Shown one piece after another: positions 7,442 through 18,100 of a stretch of DNA of 46,526 nt; position 1 is the first letter of the stretch, and the number at the start of each line of letters is the position of its first letter. The position numbers and the translations under genes were made by a program. A model generated the notes under the pieces. That model was not told the origin of the DNA and did not search any database. It was given only the letters and a program-made list of their open reading frames with translations. The DNA comes from a virus. The stretch lies in IMG/VR virus record IMGVR_UViG_3300014803_000005. The stretch is one strand, 5' to 3'.

Positions 7442-8022
7442 ACAATTTTCTTTATTGCTTCAAAATGTACCTTTGCAATCCTTTCTTTTCCGTCGTCGCT
7501 CATCATAAAACGGCAATCCTTTTCATTATCAAAAAAGAAATTTTCAGATAATACCGCCGGGCAAACAGTATGTTTCAGAATATAAAATTGGCTTTCTTTG
7601 TCCGGGTCGCCGTCCACATAATCAAAACGCATTTTCCAACCATCCGGGGCAAACTCTTTTTCCGCCTCCTTACAAAGAACGGTTGCGATTGCATCCGCTT
7701 TCGTTTGTCCTACGCTTGTATAACATTCCCACCCGGTGCCGCCTCCGGCGTTCCCGTGAACGCTAAACAAAACGGCGTTGTTGCCGCAATCTGCATGGAT
7801 AACGTTTGCACGTCGGCAACGTTCCGGTAATGATACGTCGTTGTCCTCCGGTACCAAAATTTCAAACTTTATTCCCTCCGCTTTCAACATCGCCGCAATA
7901 CGGCGTACAATATCACGGTTAAACTCCCATTCTAACAATTGTGAACCGTCGCCCCAAACCGGGGAACGTTTCCCGGCGGTTTCTTCGCCGTGTCCGTTGT
8001 CTAAAATAACAATAGGTTTCAT
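7438..8022 (-). CDS. N-acetylmuramoyl-L-alanine amidase (Amidase_3 family) endolysin
   Basis: VILDNGHGEETAGKRSP...EWEFNRDI...SLPERCRRAN...LFSVHGNAGGGTGWECY matches the Amidase_3 pattern. Confidence 0.85.
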   Translation of the reverse strand: MKPIVILDNGHGEETAGKRSPVWGDGSQLLEWEFNRDIVRRIAAMLKAEGIKFEILVPEDNDVSLPERCRRANVIHADCGNNAVLFSVHGNAGGGTGWECYTSVGQTKADAIATVLCKEAEKEFAPDGWKMRFDYVDGDPDKESQFYILKHTVCPAVLSENFFFDNEKDCRFMMSDDGKERIAKVHFEAIKKIV

Positions 8023-8546
8023 TTTCTTACCTCCTTTTCTTTATCGTTAATAATATCGTCATCGGTTTCCTTTTGGAAACGCTCGATTATTGGTTGCCAA
8101 TAAGACGGCAACGCCCGTGTAAATTCCAACCGGATAACATGGTATATTATCCGTAAGGCTATTTTCTTCGGGTATGCCTTAATTAAGTTGCGAAACGCAT
8201 TTTGCAAATATACATACATGAACACGTATGTAAGCGACTTAATAACAATCATTGCCGCCCCGTCGTCACCACATTGCAACATAACGGAATAAATGACGTG
8301 TATAATAACGACGTACAAAAGCAATTCCGCCAATGCGTTCTTAAACTTATGGAACGAAAAGCGTTTGCAATTCCTTATCGCCACGCCGTCCGCCCTCATT
8401 CCCGCCCAAATGTTGAACGCAAACATAATAACTAACGCATACATAAACCCCGCCGTCGGGGTCAGATATGCAAGTAACGGGCTTGCGGTCGTGGCGAATA
8501 TCATACGCCATTGTTCCCAACTAAAAATTTTATCCATATCGTCCAT
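8019..8546 (-). CDS. Holin-like multi-pass membrane protein
   Basis: Three to four hydrophobic helices. Immediately upstream of, and overlapping, the endolysin gene. The NIWAGMRADGVAIRNCKRFSFHKFKNA segment resembles the Phage_holin_4 family. Confidence 0.65.
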   Translation of the reverse strand: MDDMDKIFSWEQWRMIFATTASPLLAYLTPTAGFMYALVIMFAFNIWAGMRADGVAIRNCKRFSFHKFKNALAELLLYVVIIHVIYSVMLQCGDDGAAMIVIKSLTYVFMYVYLQNAFRNLIKAYPKKIALRIIYHVIRLEFTRALPSYWQPIIERFQKETDDDIINDKEKEVRK

Positions 8547-8562
8547 AAATAAAGAGTTAAGG

Positions 8563-8585
8563 GGCGGCGGTAAACCGCCCCCGTT
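8563..8585 (-). terminator. GC-rich hairpin between the tail-fibre gene and the lysis cassette
   Basis: GGGGCGG-N7-CCGCCCC, a 7-bp stem with T-rich sequence on both sides. Confidence 0.35.
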
Positions 8586-8728
8586 TTGGTTATTGCTTTA
8601 TAATCTCGCACAACATAAATTCCGTGCGGTTGTCAACCGCCGTGGTTGTTCCGTTGATAATGTTACGTTCTTGCATATTCATAAATGAAATAGGGCGGGC
8701 GGTTTCCCGTCCTCCCTTTGGTTAATGG

Positions 8729-11700
8729 TTATTGGCAAAAATTCGCAACGAAATTGCGGTAACAAACATCGCCAATTGATAAATACCCGTTGTTGTTGGG
8801 GTGTACGCCGTTCGTATCGACCCATTCAGTAACCTCGGTATTTCGGGTATTAACGGCACGTTCGGCGTGCGGCATATTATATTCGGTGTCGAACTCGGCA
8901 GATACGTTCACAAACTCCACAAAACCGGAATATTCCGGGCGGTTCGCAAATTCTTGGTATGCGTCGTTTTGGTTCAATGCCGTAACAACCATACCGTAAC
9001 CGTCGGCGTAAGACGTTCCGGTTGCGCCATAATTCGCACCCATACCGCCCCGGACGCTCGGAACCTGAACCCCCATAATTTTTAATTTGGCGTTTGGGAA
9101 CTCGGCGTGTAACGTGTCGGCAAATATTTTTATTTGGTTCAACACGTTTGTAAAATCAGTACGACCGGGCGTTTGTTCGTTCCACGATAACAGCGTATAA
9201 ACAACGTCTATTTTACCCCCGGCAACGGCGTTGGCGTAAGGTATGAACGACATTTTGTTGTTATCCCAATCCCAAAGCGGGTTTTGCGTATCCCGCGCAA
9301 CACTTGTATAAGTAATCGTTGCGTCCCCGGTTCCGCTTGACTTGGTTAGCGTACCACTTGCGGACGGTGCGGGCGTCAACGCTGTAACAGAACAAAGGAT
9401 ATTACCCGTACCGCCTGTAACATTGACCTCCATAACGGTAAACGTATTCCCGTTGTTGGTATATACCGCCCCAACTGATAACGACGTTACGCCCGTTACT
9501 TGGAACCTGTATGCGGGTCGCCCTTGCTGTGTATAACTTTCCCACGTCCAACCGCCAACGCCGAAATATCCCGTTGTCCCGTTCTGTTTGGAACCGACAA
9601 AGGCAATATTGGTTAACGCTTTCCCCGCCGGGGTTCCTCCGGTTCCGGTCAATCGCCTGTTAGCCTCGGCGCACCATGTACCCGCCGCCGTAAGGCTATC
9701 CCCGAAACAAGCGACGTTAAGATTTGCCGCCGGGGATTGCACGACGTTACGTGTAACCAATTGGCACGTTTTCGACGCCAAAACGTTACGGTCGTCGTCC
9801 TTAACGGTAACGGTAAAAGTCGTTGTTCCCACGTCCGCCACGGTCGGCGTATATTGGAAATAACGGGGGTATTTGTTGCCCTTTGAACACGTAACCAATA
9901 TATCGTATTTGTAAGGGTCAACCGCTTGTATCATTCCACGGAAAAACAATTGCAAGGTATCCCCGACAATGGCGTTTATCGTATCTGGCAAACTGATATT
10001 TACCGGGTCGGGCGGCGTTACCCCGATACGGCTTGCAATATCCGCTATTTGGTCGTCGTTCAATACGTAATTTATAATCCCGACACGGAAATAAAACGGG
10101 GCTCCGCCCACTGATACGGCGTACGTTTCCGTCATATTTCCATTTGTGGAGTATCTGTCAAATTGGTATCCATTATCCGGTAAATATGGATACGTTCCGT
10201 TGTACCCTCGGCGGACTACATATTGGTTGCACCAATACATTAAAAACAAAACCTTACCGTCAGCGTTGGCGATTGTTTGACCGAACGGAACGGCGATATA
10301 CTTTGTTTCGCCGGGCGCAACGCTTACGTCAACTGTGACGTCGGCTAACTTTGTGCCGTCATAGTCCGTATCGAATATTGCGACCCTCAATTGCGTAATC
10401 GGGTCGGCTCCTCGGTTAATTACACATACCTCGGCGGCGTTAAAGTTTTTGCGTACCCCGATATGACAACCCCAACCGCTAAACGTGGACGACACATTTT
10501 TATTGGTAAAATTGTCCGTTTCCCATTCTTGCGCATTGTCTAATTGCGAATTATCAAAAACGCTATTCCAACCGACGTTTATATCTGCGATTTGTAATTG
10601 CATTGTGGCGATTGTTTGGGTAATATCCAAACCGGGGAATTGCGACCAAATACCGCCCGCAAAGATTTTAGGGGTTAACGCCCAACCGTCGAACCCGTAT
10701 AAATTAGTAATATCCGCCGGGGTTTCCTGTTGGATTGCGTCCCAATCAACAATAAGCCACGAACCCTCCGCAACTCCGGTTGCTACTTTCATCAACCAAT
10801 ATTTCGACCCTGCAATTTGCGCTCCGGTAAATGTTGCGAGTCCTTCCAATTCTCCCGTACCCGCAAGAAAATCGGGGTTAGCATTATAACGATACAATCC
10901 AATTGTATGCACCGTTGGTCTTATTATGGAAAGCGAATACCATTTTGCCGGGTCGTATTCCATGTTGATATAACCGTTAATCAAAAAACGGTTCAAACCC
11001 AAAGCGACCAACGTCTCCGACAACGGTATTTCCTGCCAAAGCGGGAATAAATCTAACCGGGACGTTTCCGCCAACGTGCGATAAAAACGACGGGTTCCGC
11101 TATAATCGGAAATATCCAAAGCGTCGCCCGGCATCAACAACGGGGCGTCTGTGCTTACGTTCAAAATGATATACGCCGCATTTTCCGGGGCTGTTACCAC
11201 TCTAACCGTACCGCCCAACGCTAATTCCGAACCCAACATATTATAATTTGCATCGAACCAAATTATTTGTTGTGCATTTATCCGGTACGTTGACCCGGCA
11301 ACAACGGGGTAATACGGCGACATCCAATAAGACGGATTTGTTGCTAAACTGTAATTCGTCCAATTGAAATAATACCCCTTTTTGAAATCATTAATTGACG
11401 CTACATTGTACCCGGTGCGGTCAATATCCCCTTTCGCCAAATACTTGTTACCGTAATAATCGACGGGGAATTGCGACACGGTTGTTAATACCCACGCCCC
11501 CGCCGAATTATTGGATATGATATTGAACCCGGCGGGAACCGTCAACCCAAAATTTGCATACTCTCCGGGCGTCCCCGCTATATAAAAAACGTTTTGGTCG
11601 GGCGTCCCCGGATTGGTTGTACTATTTGCAACGCCCTTAAACGTTGCGTTTGCCCCCACGGAATTAACGATTGAAAGTAATGTACTTTGCAAAATCGTTC

Positions 11701-11773
11701 CCGTAATTTCGTTGTTGCCGTTCGCCTTAATTACGGCGACAATTGCGGCTTTCAAATCGGTATAATTTGCCAT
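8729..11773 (-). CDS. Tail fibre / receptor-binding protein with a C-terminal SGNH (GDSL) esterase domain
   Basis: 1014 aa, last large gene of the tail module. Block I is NVACFGDSLTAAG at aa ~686-698. Block V is NGVHPNNNGY near the C-terminus. An Ig-like segment lies at aa ~595-680. Confidence 0.75.
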   Translation of the reverse strand: MANYTDLKAAIVAVIKANGNNEITGTILQSTLLSIVNSVGANATFKGVANSTTNPGTPDQNVFYIAGTPGEYANFGLTVPAGFNIISNNSAGAWVLTTVSQFPVDYYGNKYLAKGDIDRTGYNVASINDFKKGYYFNWTNYSLATNPSYWMSPYYPVVAGSTYRINAQQIIWFDANYNMLGSELALGGTVRVVTAPENAAYIILNVSTDAPLLMPGDALDISDYSGTRRFYRTLAETSRLDLFPLWQEIPLSETLVALGLNRFLINGYINMEYDPAKWYSLSIIRPTVHTIGLYRYNANPDFLAGTGELEGLATFTGAQIAGSKYWLMKVATGVAEGSWLIVDWDAIQQETPADITNLYGFDGWALTPKIFAGGIWSQFPGLDITQTIATMQLQIADINVGWNSVFDNSQLDNAQEWETDNFTNKNVSSTFSGWGCHIGVRKNFNAAEVCVINRGADPITQLRVAIFDTDYDGTKLADVTVDVSVAPGETKYIAVPFGQTIANADGKVLFLMYWCNQYVVRRGYNGTYPYLPDNGYQFDRYSTNGNMTETYAVSVGGAPFYFRVGIINYVLNDDQIADIASRIGVTPPDPVNISLPDTINAIVGDTLQLFFRGMIQAVDPYKYDILVTCSKGNKYPRYFQYTPTVADVGTTTFTVTVKDDDRNVLASKTCQLVTRNVVQSPAANLNVACFGDSLTAAGTWCAEANRRLTGTGGTPAGKALTNIAFVGSKQNGTTGYFGVGGWTWESYTQQGRPAYRFQVTGVTSLSVGAVYTNNGNTFTVMEVNVTGGTGNILCSVTALTPAPSASGTLTKSSGTGDATITYTSVARDTQNPLWDWDNNKMSFIPYANAVAGGKIDVVYTLLSWNEQTPGRTDFTNVLNQIKIFADTLHAEFPNAKLKIMGVQVPSVRGGMGANYGATGTSYADGYGMVVTALNQNDAYQEFANRPEYSGFVEFVNVSAEFDTEYNMPHAERAVNTRNTEVTEWVDTNGVHPNNNGYLSIGDVCYRNFVANFCQ

Positions 11774-11785
11774 ATCTCAAAAGTG

Positions 11786-12652
11786 TTACTGATTATTGTT
11801 GAAATCGTTATTGAAATCGTTATTGAAATCGCCCCGGCTCGTTGGGGTGTATCCCCGTCCGATTTTCTTTATAACCGTGTTCGTATCAAATTCCGCCTCA
11901 ACACTCGCCAAATCCCCCTGCGTTTGCCATTTGGGGGTAATCAAAAAGGTATCGCAATTGTACGATATACCGTTGGACGTAACAACGGTATGGTCGGACA
12001 ACCGGATTATTCGCATTGCGTCGCATAAAAATTCCGGTGCAAGGAATTGAAATTTATACGTCTTTTCGCTCAACTGCTTTTCCGGAAAAAAAAAGCCGTC
12101 CCGGTTTTCGCCGTCCTCTTCAAATTGGTATTCCGGTTTGCCTAACTCGGTGCAAAGATATACGACGTTTTTATATTGGTCGCTATATTGGACGTGTCCG
12201 CCCTCGTAATACAAATTTGTTTCGTCCCACCATTGCACACGCAAATAACCGTCCATGTTCCCGGCAACGACGGTAAACATTTCGCTGTAATAGGTTCGAC
12301 CGGACGCCGTAAGACGCATATAATAAATACCTTGTTGCATGGTTATTGACAACGGCAAAAGTCCGGGATAAAACACAATGTTGTATCCGTTCGCCGCAAA
12401 GGTCATAACCCGCAACCCCCCGGCAATCATATCGTCCGTTATATTGGCAACCTGTTTGCCGTCCTTATCGAACAAAAGAACGTTTGTAATTACGGTGTTT
12501 GCGCTGTAATCGACGACGAATTGAAACGGCAAAATAAACCCGGCTTGCGAAAATAGCGGGTAAACATTGCCATACGCATACGACTTGCGAGCGTTCTGAT
12601 ATTTTATATCTGAATACCACGGTAACGGGCTTAAATTATTATTCTGTATCAT
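11786..12652 (-). CDS. Tail/baseplate structural protein (function unknown)
   Basis: 288-aa ORF between the 836-aa tail protein and the tail fibre. The C-terminus carries (DFNN)x3. Confidence 0.6.
   Translation of the reverse strand: MIQNNNLSPLPWYSDIKYQNARKSYAYGNVYPLFSQAGFILPFQFVVDYSANTVITNVLLFDKDGKQVANITDDMIAGGLRVMTFAANGYNIVFYPGLLPLSITMQQGIYYMRLTASGRTYYSEMFTVVAGNMDGYLRVQWWDETNLYYEGGHVQYSDQYKNVVYLCTELGKPEYQFEEDGENRDGFFFPEKQLSEKTYKFQFLAPEFLCDAMRIIRLSDHTVVTSNGISYNCDTFLITPKWQTQGDLASVEAEFDTNTVIKKIGRGYTPTSRGDFNNDFNNDFNNNQ
11791..11823. repeat. 12-bp tandem repeat, about 2.75 copies (TGAAATCGTTAT)
   Basis: Read directly from the sequence. It encodes DFNNDFNNDFNN at the C-terminus of the 288-aa tail protein. 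Confidence 0.85.
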
Positions 12653-15149
12653 ACTTCAAAGTTGTTTTAATGGAACGACTGCACAAATTTACGCTTAATT
12701 TATCAACTTGACCGTTACCGATATACGTTTTTATTAGTTGCATCGGGTTGGGGTCGTCATTTGCCGGAAAACTAAACGTTTGTTTCTTCTTTCTCTCAAT
12801 ACCGTATGCGTAAACCTCGGAACCGTTTATTGATACACGACGGGCGGGTAAATCATACATCCAATACGGGGATTGCAAATTGATAAACGCCAAATATCCG
12901 TTTTGCAAAAAGTATTCGACGCCGTTTATTGTTTGGCGGGTAAATGGCAATATCCATTGCGACCCGGACGTTGGCGGAACGGCGGCAAACAAGGCGAACC
13001 CGTCGGAACTTATGTTGCCGGGGTTTAACAACATCATATCAATATCGGACGTGAAATTTGATATATTAATTTCCTCAACCTTTCCGGGCGTTACATACTT
13101 ACTAATTACTTGTATCGGCAATCCCTCAAAAGCCGCCGTAACGTCGTCCATCCATTCAAATTGGTAACGTTCGGGCAAATCGACCTTATCAAACGAATAT
13201 TCCGACGTGTTGAACGCCCACGGTTTCCCGTTGCGCAAATTTAATTCCTTTGTCAAATCGTGGCTTAATATAGCCCCGCCGGAATAGGAACCGCCATTGC
13301 GGAAATATTGGATATGCTCAATTTTAAATTTGCCGTCCTCAATAAACCAATAACATTTGAAACAATCCCGTAACATATTGGTAAATTGTTGTAAGGTCGT
13401 CGGGGCTTTTTGTGCGGGTTGCTGATATTCGCCGTTTATAATGTTCGTTTTCTGCGATACAAGCAACCGGAAATTCAACCCGGATATTGGATTGTTTCCC
13501 CCGTATAAAAATTGGCTATATTCCGCCGTGGCTTCATGCGTAATTCCGGGTGCAATTTGATTGAGCAAAACAGATATACAAGACGCAACCGGGAACGCAT
13601 CCCGCAAAGTATATTCTTTTCGGGCTTTTTCCTCTAATATCCAATCCATCAAATAAAATCCAAACCATAACGACGCATAACGCCACGTTGACCGGGCGAT
13701 TGGATAAAACGTTTGTCCGAAAATGGAATAGGGCGGCGCAAAATACTTTCCGTTGTCCGCTAATCCCCACTCGGTCGGGGTGTCTGAAAAGTTGTTTGAA
13801 ATAAACGCCACGTCGATTGCGTAACCAATCGCACGCCTATAATTACGGTTATTATCAACTATATCATCGGCTGGCAATGGATATGTATTAAGGTCGTCGA
13901 TTTTCTCCACGTCGCACAAATACCGGGCGTATATATTATAACTTTTCATATCGGCGTGCATTGTTCCGGTTGCCCCGGAACCCTCGACGGCGGTTAAATC
14001 AAACTCCAACGTATCAAACGGGGACGTTGTAAGTTTTTGGTAACGGAACATTGCCACATCGTCCGATTGTCGGCGTATCTCAACCAATGCAACCCCAAAC
14101 GGCACGCCGTCAATTCGTTGTTGTGAAATATAGATATAATAATTAACATTCAATTCCGGGTATAATTTCCCCTCGAATGCGTCCGCACTTGCACCCGTTG
14201 CCATTCGTCCGGTATAAAGCCCGGATATTACCGCCGGGGAACCGTTGGACGTAATTTGTATTTCTTTCAATATATTGCACAAAGCAAAATGATAGGTTTG
14301 TACCAATGCGTTTTGGTCGGTCGTGGCGTTTGCGTCTTGCTCCCAATTCGTACCGCCCAAAAAACAAGAAACGACACTATCGCCCGGAACGTATATTTGA
14401 ATTAATGGACGCTTGTTTATCGTTATCCGTTGTATTGTCGGGGCTAACGTTATTAAATTGTATTCCTTTTCCAATCCCGCCAACACGTCGTTATAATCGT
14501 CGATTGCGTCCGGTTGTACAACAACCTTTTTATCGTAATCGGTAAACGTGCAATCGGTTTTCATAAACTTGCCTTGAAAGTATTGGAACCATGTACGCCC
14601 GCCGTCGTCGCTCTTTTCAATGCAATACAAAAATTCATTGTCGAACGATTGACGGTTTATATAGTCGTAATCATCCCGGACAAAGGTAATTTTGCCGGAT
14701 AATTTGGCACGATAAAACCGTTGGTTGGTTTCTAATTCGTACTCCTTTGCCAAATCGTCCTTATAAATCGGATGCACGGTTTGACCTTGTAAGACGTTCG
14801 GGGCGTCCAACGTTCCCAATCTCAACCATGCCGTCCCGTTTGCGTATTGTAATTTATGCACATTAAACCGGATATATGCGGCGTTGCTCGGTATGTCAAA
14901 TTCCGTATTTGTGGCGGTCGGGTCGCTCCCCCAACCGCCGATAATCTTTTTATTGCTGTCGTAAAATGCGCCCCCGGCTTGCGGCGTGTAATTCTGAAAC
15001 AATTTGCGGGGGTACACGTTACTAACCGGGACAAAAGTACGGGTATAATAGTAATTTGTATTATTCCCGTTAATGTTTCCGGTCGTGCTACTTATCGCCC
15101 CGTTTGCCAAAAACGCATTTACAAATGAATGTCTATAAATCGGGTTCAT
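12639..15149 (-). CDS. Large tail/baseplate protein (distal tail or tail-associated protein candidate)
   Basis: 836 aa, immediately downstream of the tape measure gene. Called by position only. Confidence 0.6.
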   Translation of the reverse strand: MNPIYRHSFVNAFLANGAISSTTGNINGNNTNYYYTRTFVPVSNVYPRKLFQNYTPQAGGAFYDSNKKIIGGWGSDPTATNTEFDIPSNAAYIRFNVHKLQYANGTAWLRLGTLDAPNVLQGQTVHPIYKDDLAKEYELETNQRFYRAKLSGKITFVRDDYDYINRQSFDNEFLYCIEKSDDGGRTWFQYFQGKFMKTDCTFTDYDKKVVVQPDAIDDYNDVLAGLEKEYNLITLAPTIQRITINKRPLIQIYVPGDSVVSCFLGGTNWEQDANATTDQNALVQTYHFALCNILKEIQITSNGSPAVISGLYTGRMATGASADAFEGKLYPELNVNYYIYISQQRIDGVPFGVALVEIRRQSDDVAMFRYQKLTTSPFDTLEFDLTAVEGSGATGTMHADMKSYNIYARYLCDVEKIDDLNTYPLPADDIVDNNRNYRRAIGYAIDVAFISNNFSDTPTEWGLADNGKYFAPPYSIFGQTFYPIARSTWRYASLWFGFYLMDWILEEKARKEYTLRDAFPVASCISVLLNQIAPGITHEATAEYSQFLYGGNNPISGLNFRLLVSQKTNIINGEYQQPAQKAPTTLQQFTNMLRDCFKCYWFIEDGKFKIEHIQYFRNGGSYSGGAILSHDLTKELNLRNGKPWAFNTSEYSFDKVDLPERYQFEWMDDVTAAFEGLPIQVISKYVTPGKVEEINISNFTSDIDMMLLNPGNISSDGFALFAAVPPTSGSQWILPFTRQTINGVEYFLQNGYLAFINLQSPYWMYDLPARRVSINGSEVYAYGIERKKKQTFSFPANDDPNPMQLIKTYIGNGQVDKLSVNLCSRSIKTTLKYDTE

Positions 15150-15150
15150 A

Positions 15151-18100
15151 TCAATTTTTAATTTTACGTGTCAAATTCTTGTAAACCTCAATAACATTGC
15201 CGTTGCCATCGACGTAACGACGGCGGCGGTTTTGTTCCTTAATCTCCCTTACATCGTCTTTTAAATCCCGCAAATCCGGTGCGTTATTTTGTTGAACCGT
15301 TACATTAACGCCGTCGGTATTGTAGGCATTAAGGTACTTTTGGGGGAATGTTCCCCGGTTCAAACTATTTATTACGTCCGGGATTAAACGACGGAAACGG
15401 CGGGAATTACGTTTATTGATAACGGCGAAAAATTCCCCGCCCTCGGCACGCCTCCGGGTTCCATCCGGTTTGGTTCCTAAATCCACGTCGTCCCCGGATT
15501 GGTGGGAACCGCCCGCCAACAATTCAACCGTACCGTCCCCGTAACTTTCCGAACCCTCGGCGGCTTTACTCATTTGTGCGGCTTTAATTTTGGCGGCGGC
15601 AAATGAAGCCCACATAACAGCGATTGCCGGGATTGCGAACGGGAACCCCAATTGCGACCAAATCAAAGCGGACGCCGTTACAAGGTTTCCGATTTGTTGG
15701 ATTGTCTGTATTGCCTGTTGTGCCTTTTGCGCTTTCTGTTGCTCTTTCAACGCCTTTTCTTGGTTCCGTTTTGCCAAATCCAACTCCTTTTGTGCCATAA
15801 CCACGTTTGAGGCATAACCGTTCGCCCGTGCTTCCCTTTCGGCGTCCAACGTGCGTTGTGCGCTTTCAACCTCTTTGTCGGCGGCATTTACGGCGGCTTC
15901 GGCGGCTTGCAATTTCGCATCTAAAAATACCTGTAATTGCTCCATTGCAAAGGATACGGACGTACTTATTGCCTCCTTTTGGTCGTCGTCCAAATTAAGC
16001 CCAAACAAACCGTAAATGTCTGTTCCTCGTTCCTCTCCTTTTGACTGCTCAATTTCTTGGTCAATCTTTTTTATTGTGTTTTGAATTGTTTGTACTTCAA
16101 CATCTGACAATTTATTGGCTGCTTGCTCGTTCAATTCTAATACCTTTTGCAAACGTTCCTTTTCTGCCTGCAAACGGAATTGGGTTTTCCGGGCTTCTGA
16201 ATTTCTTAATAAATCAAATTCAGATTGCGCCAACGCTTGTTGCTGGTCAAACATCATTAATTGCGCTTGCAAATATTCGTCGGCAATTGCGTTTCCCTTA
16301 ACGTCAAATCCGGCATTAATTACCCCGGCGTCCTGCTGTTGTCCGGTCGGCTTTTGCTCATTCTGCAACAATGCTGTTTGTCTTTCATTCTCTAACAACT
16401 GCATACGCAATTGTCGTTCCTGCTCGCTTCCCTGCTTAACCGCTTGCAAACGTAGTTCAATGCTTTCTTTCTGCAATGCCAATTCTTGCAACTGCCGTTC
16501 TTGCTCTATTTTCAACAACGCCTCTGTCTGCTGTTGTTCTAACGCCGTAATTGTTGCGTTTATCGCCTGTCGTCCGGTTTCGTTCAAATCCTTTTCGGTC
16601 TGTAATTGGTGCTGCAAATCCTCAATCTGTCGGGAATACTGATATTGCGTTTGCTGCCGACGCTTTGCCCATTCGTCGCTTTCCAACTGCAATTGTGCAT
16701 CCTGCAATTTCCGGGTTGCCTCCAAATTCTTTTTATAAGCCGCTTCAATTTGCTTTGCTTGTTGTTCTGCCGCCTTTTCCGCATCGCTTTTACCCCTTGG
16801 CGTTACGGTTGGGTTCTGTGTCGTTACGGGCTTATTGTCTGTTTGTGGCGTCGGGGTATCTCCAACAGAAACCGGGATTGTTAACGGTTTTATTTTCTTT
16901 TGCATACCCTCCAAACCCTCTTGGAAATTTTCTGTTATGTCTTTAACTTGGGCTTTAACCAAATTTCCGTACGCTGCTGCATAATCTGCCAATCCTTTTT
17001 TTACGTCGTCAAAATCTAACGTAAACGCTCCCTTTAATGCGGTTCCGGTTGCTTTGACTATATCAATAAAGAATCCAAACAAATTTCCCAACGTATCAAA
17101 CGTTGTTTTGAATCCGGCAACAATCCCATTCCAAATTGCACGTATCAAAACACTTTCATTATATAATTCAATAAAGTAATTGATAACATCAATAACCCCT
17201 TTTATTATCGCCGTCAATCCTTGGTTAACAAAAACTTTTGCCTGCGTTGTCAACGTTTCAAAATTTCCTCCGGTTGCGTCAAACAACCCGGATAATGCGT
17301 TTTGCAACTCAATTTGGCTTTGCAATTGTTCCTCCTGCAATTGTGCCAAAACTCCGGCTTTCCCTTTTACTTCATCCATGTTTGTTGAAATATCTTTCAA
17401 CGTGCGCAAATACTGCAATCCGGCGTCCTCTCCGGGACCCCCGAATATATCTGCAATTGCAGCCCCGACCGTTGCCGCATTATCCGGCAATTCTGCCAAT
17501 TTTGCGGAAACGTCTTGTATAACATCGAACGTTGTTTTGGTTCCGGTCTGCAAATCTTTTTGAACTTGTTCCGACGAAATACCGATACCGTCCAAAGCCG
17601 CCGCCGTCGCCGTCGTCATTTCACGCAAACGCAAATTTGCCTCCTTAATTGCGTCAACGCCTTTGTCCGAAAAGATACCCATTTTGTTTGTTTGGGCTAC
17701 AATGGCAACAAATTGGTCTGCCGATATTCCCGCTTCCTTAAAATATGCCGGGTATTCTTTCAACGTGTCTAAAAATTCCCCGTTCGCATCGGCTCCGGAC
17801 AAAAAACCATCCTTAACCAACTGCAATGCCTCATTTGCAGAAATACCAAATTGTTGTGATAATGCGTTTGTTGCAATCAATGTTTCCCGAAAATCTGCGC
17901 CGAACGAATCTGCGACGGCTTGCACCTCGTTTCTAAACGCTTTCAAATCATCGCCGCTTTTCCCGGTAAATTGTTGCGTCAACCTTGTTGCCTCAACTAA
18001 TCCGGCGTTGTAATCGTACCACCATTTGAACGCCGCACCAGCCGCCGCAATCCCGGCAATTGCTAAAAATACGGGATTTGAAAGTAAACCCAACAAAGTT

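Noticed and set aside
9649-9921. Short minus-strand ORFs nested in other frames of large genes (for example 9649-9921, 13534-13770, 14143-14367, 16584-16784, 21951-22211, 23194-23382, 30542-30859)
   Set aside because: They sit in alternative frames of well-supported long genes on the same strand. Their composition is Arg/Cys-rich and atypical, and there is no independent support.
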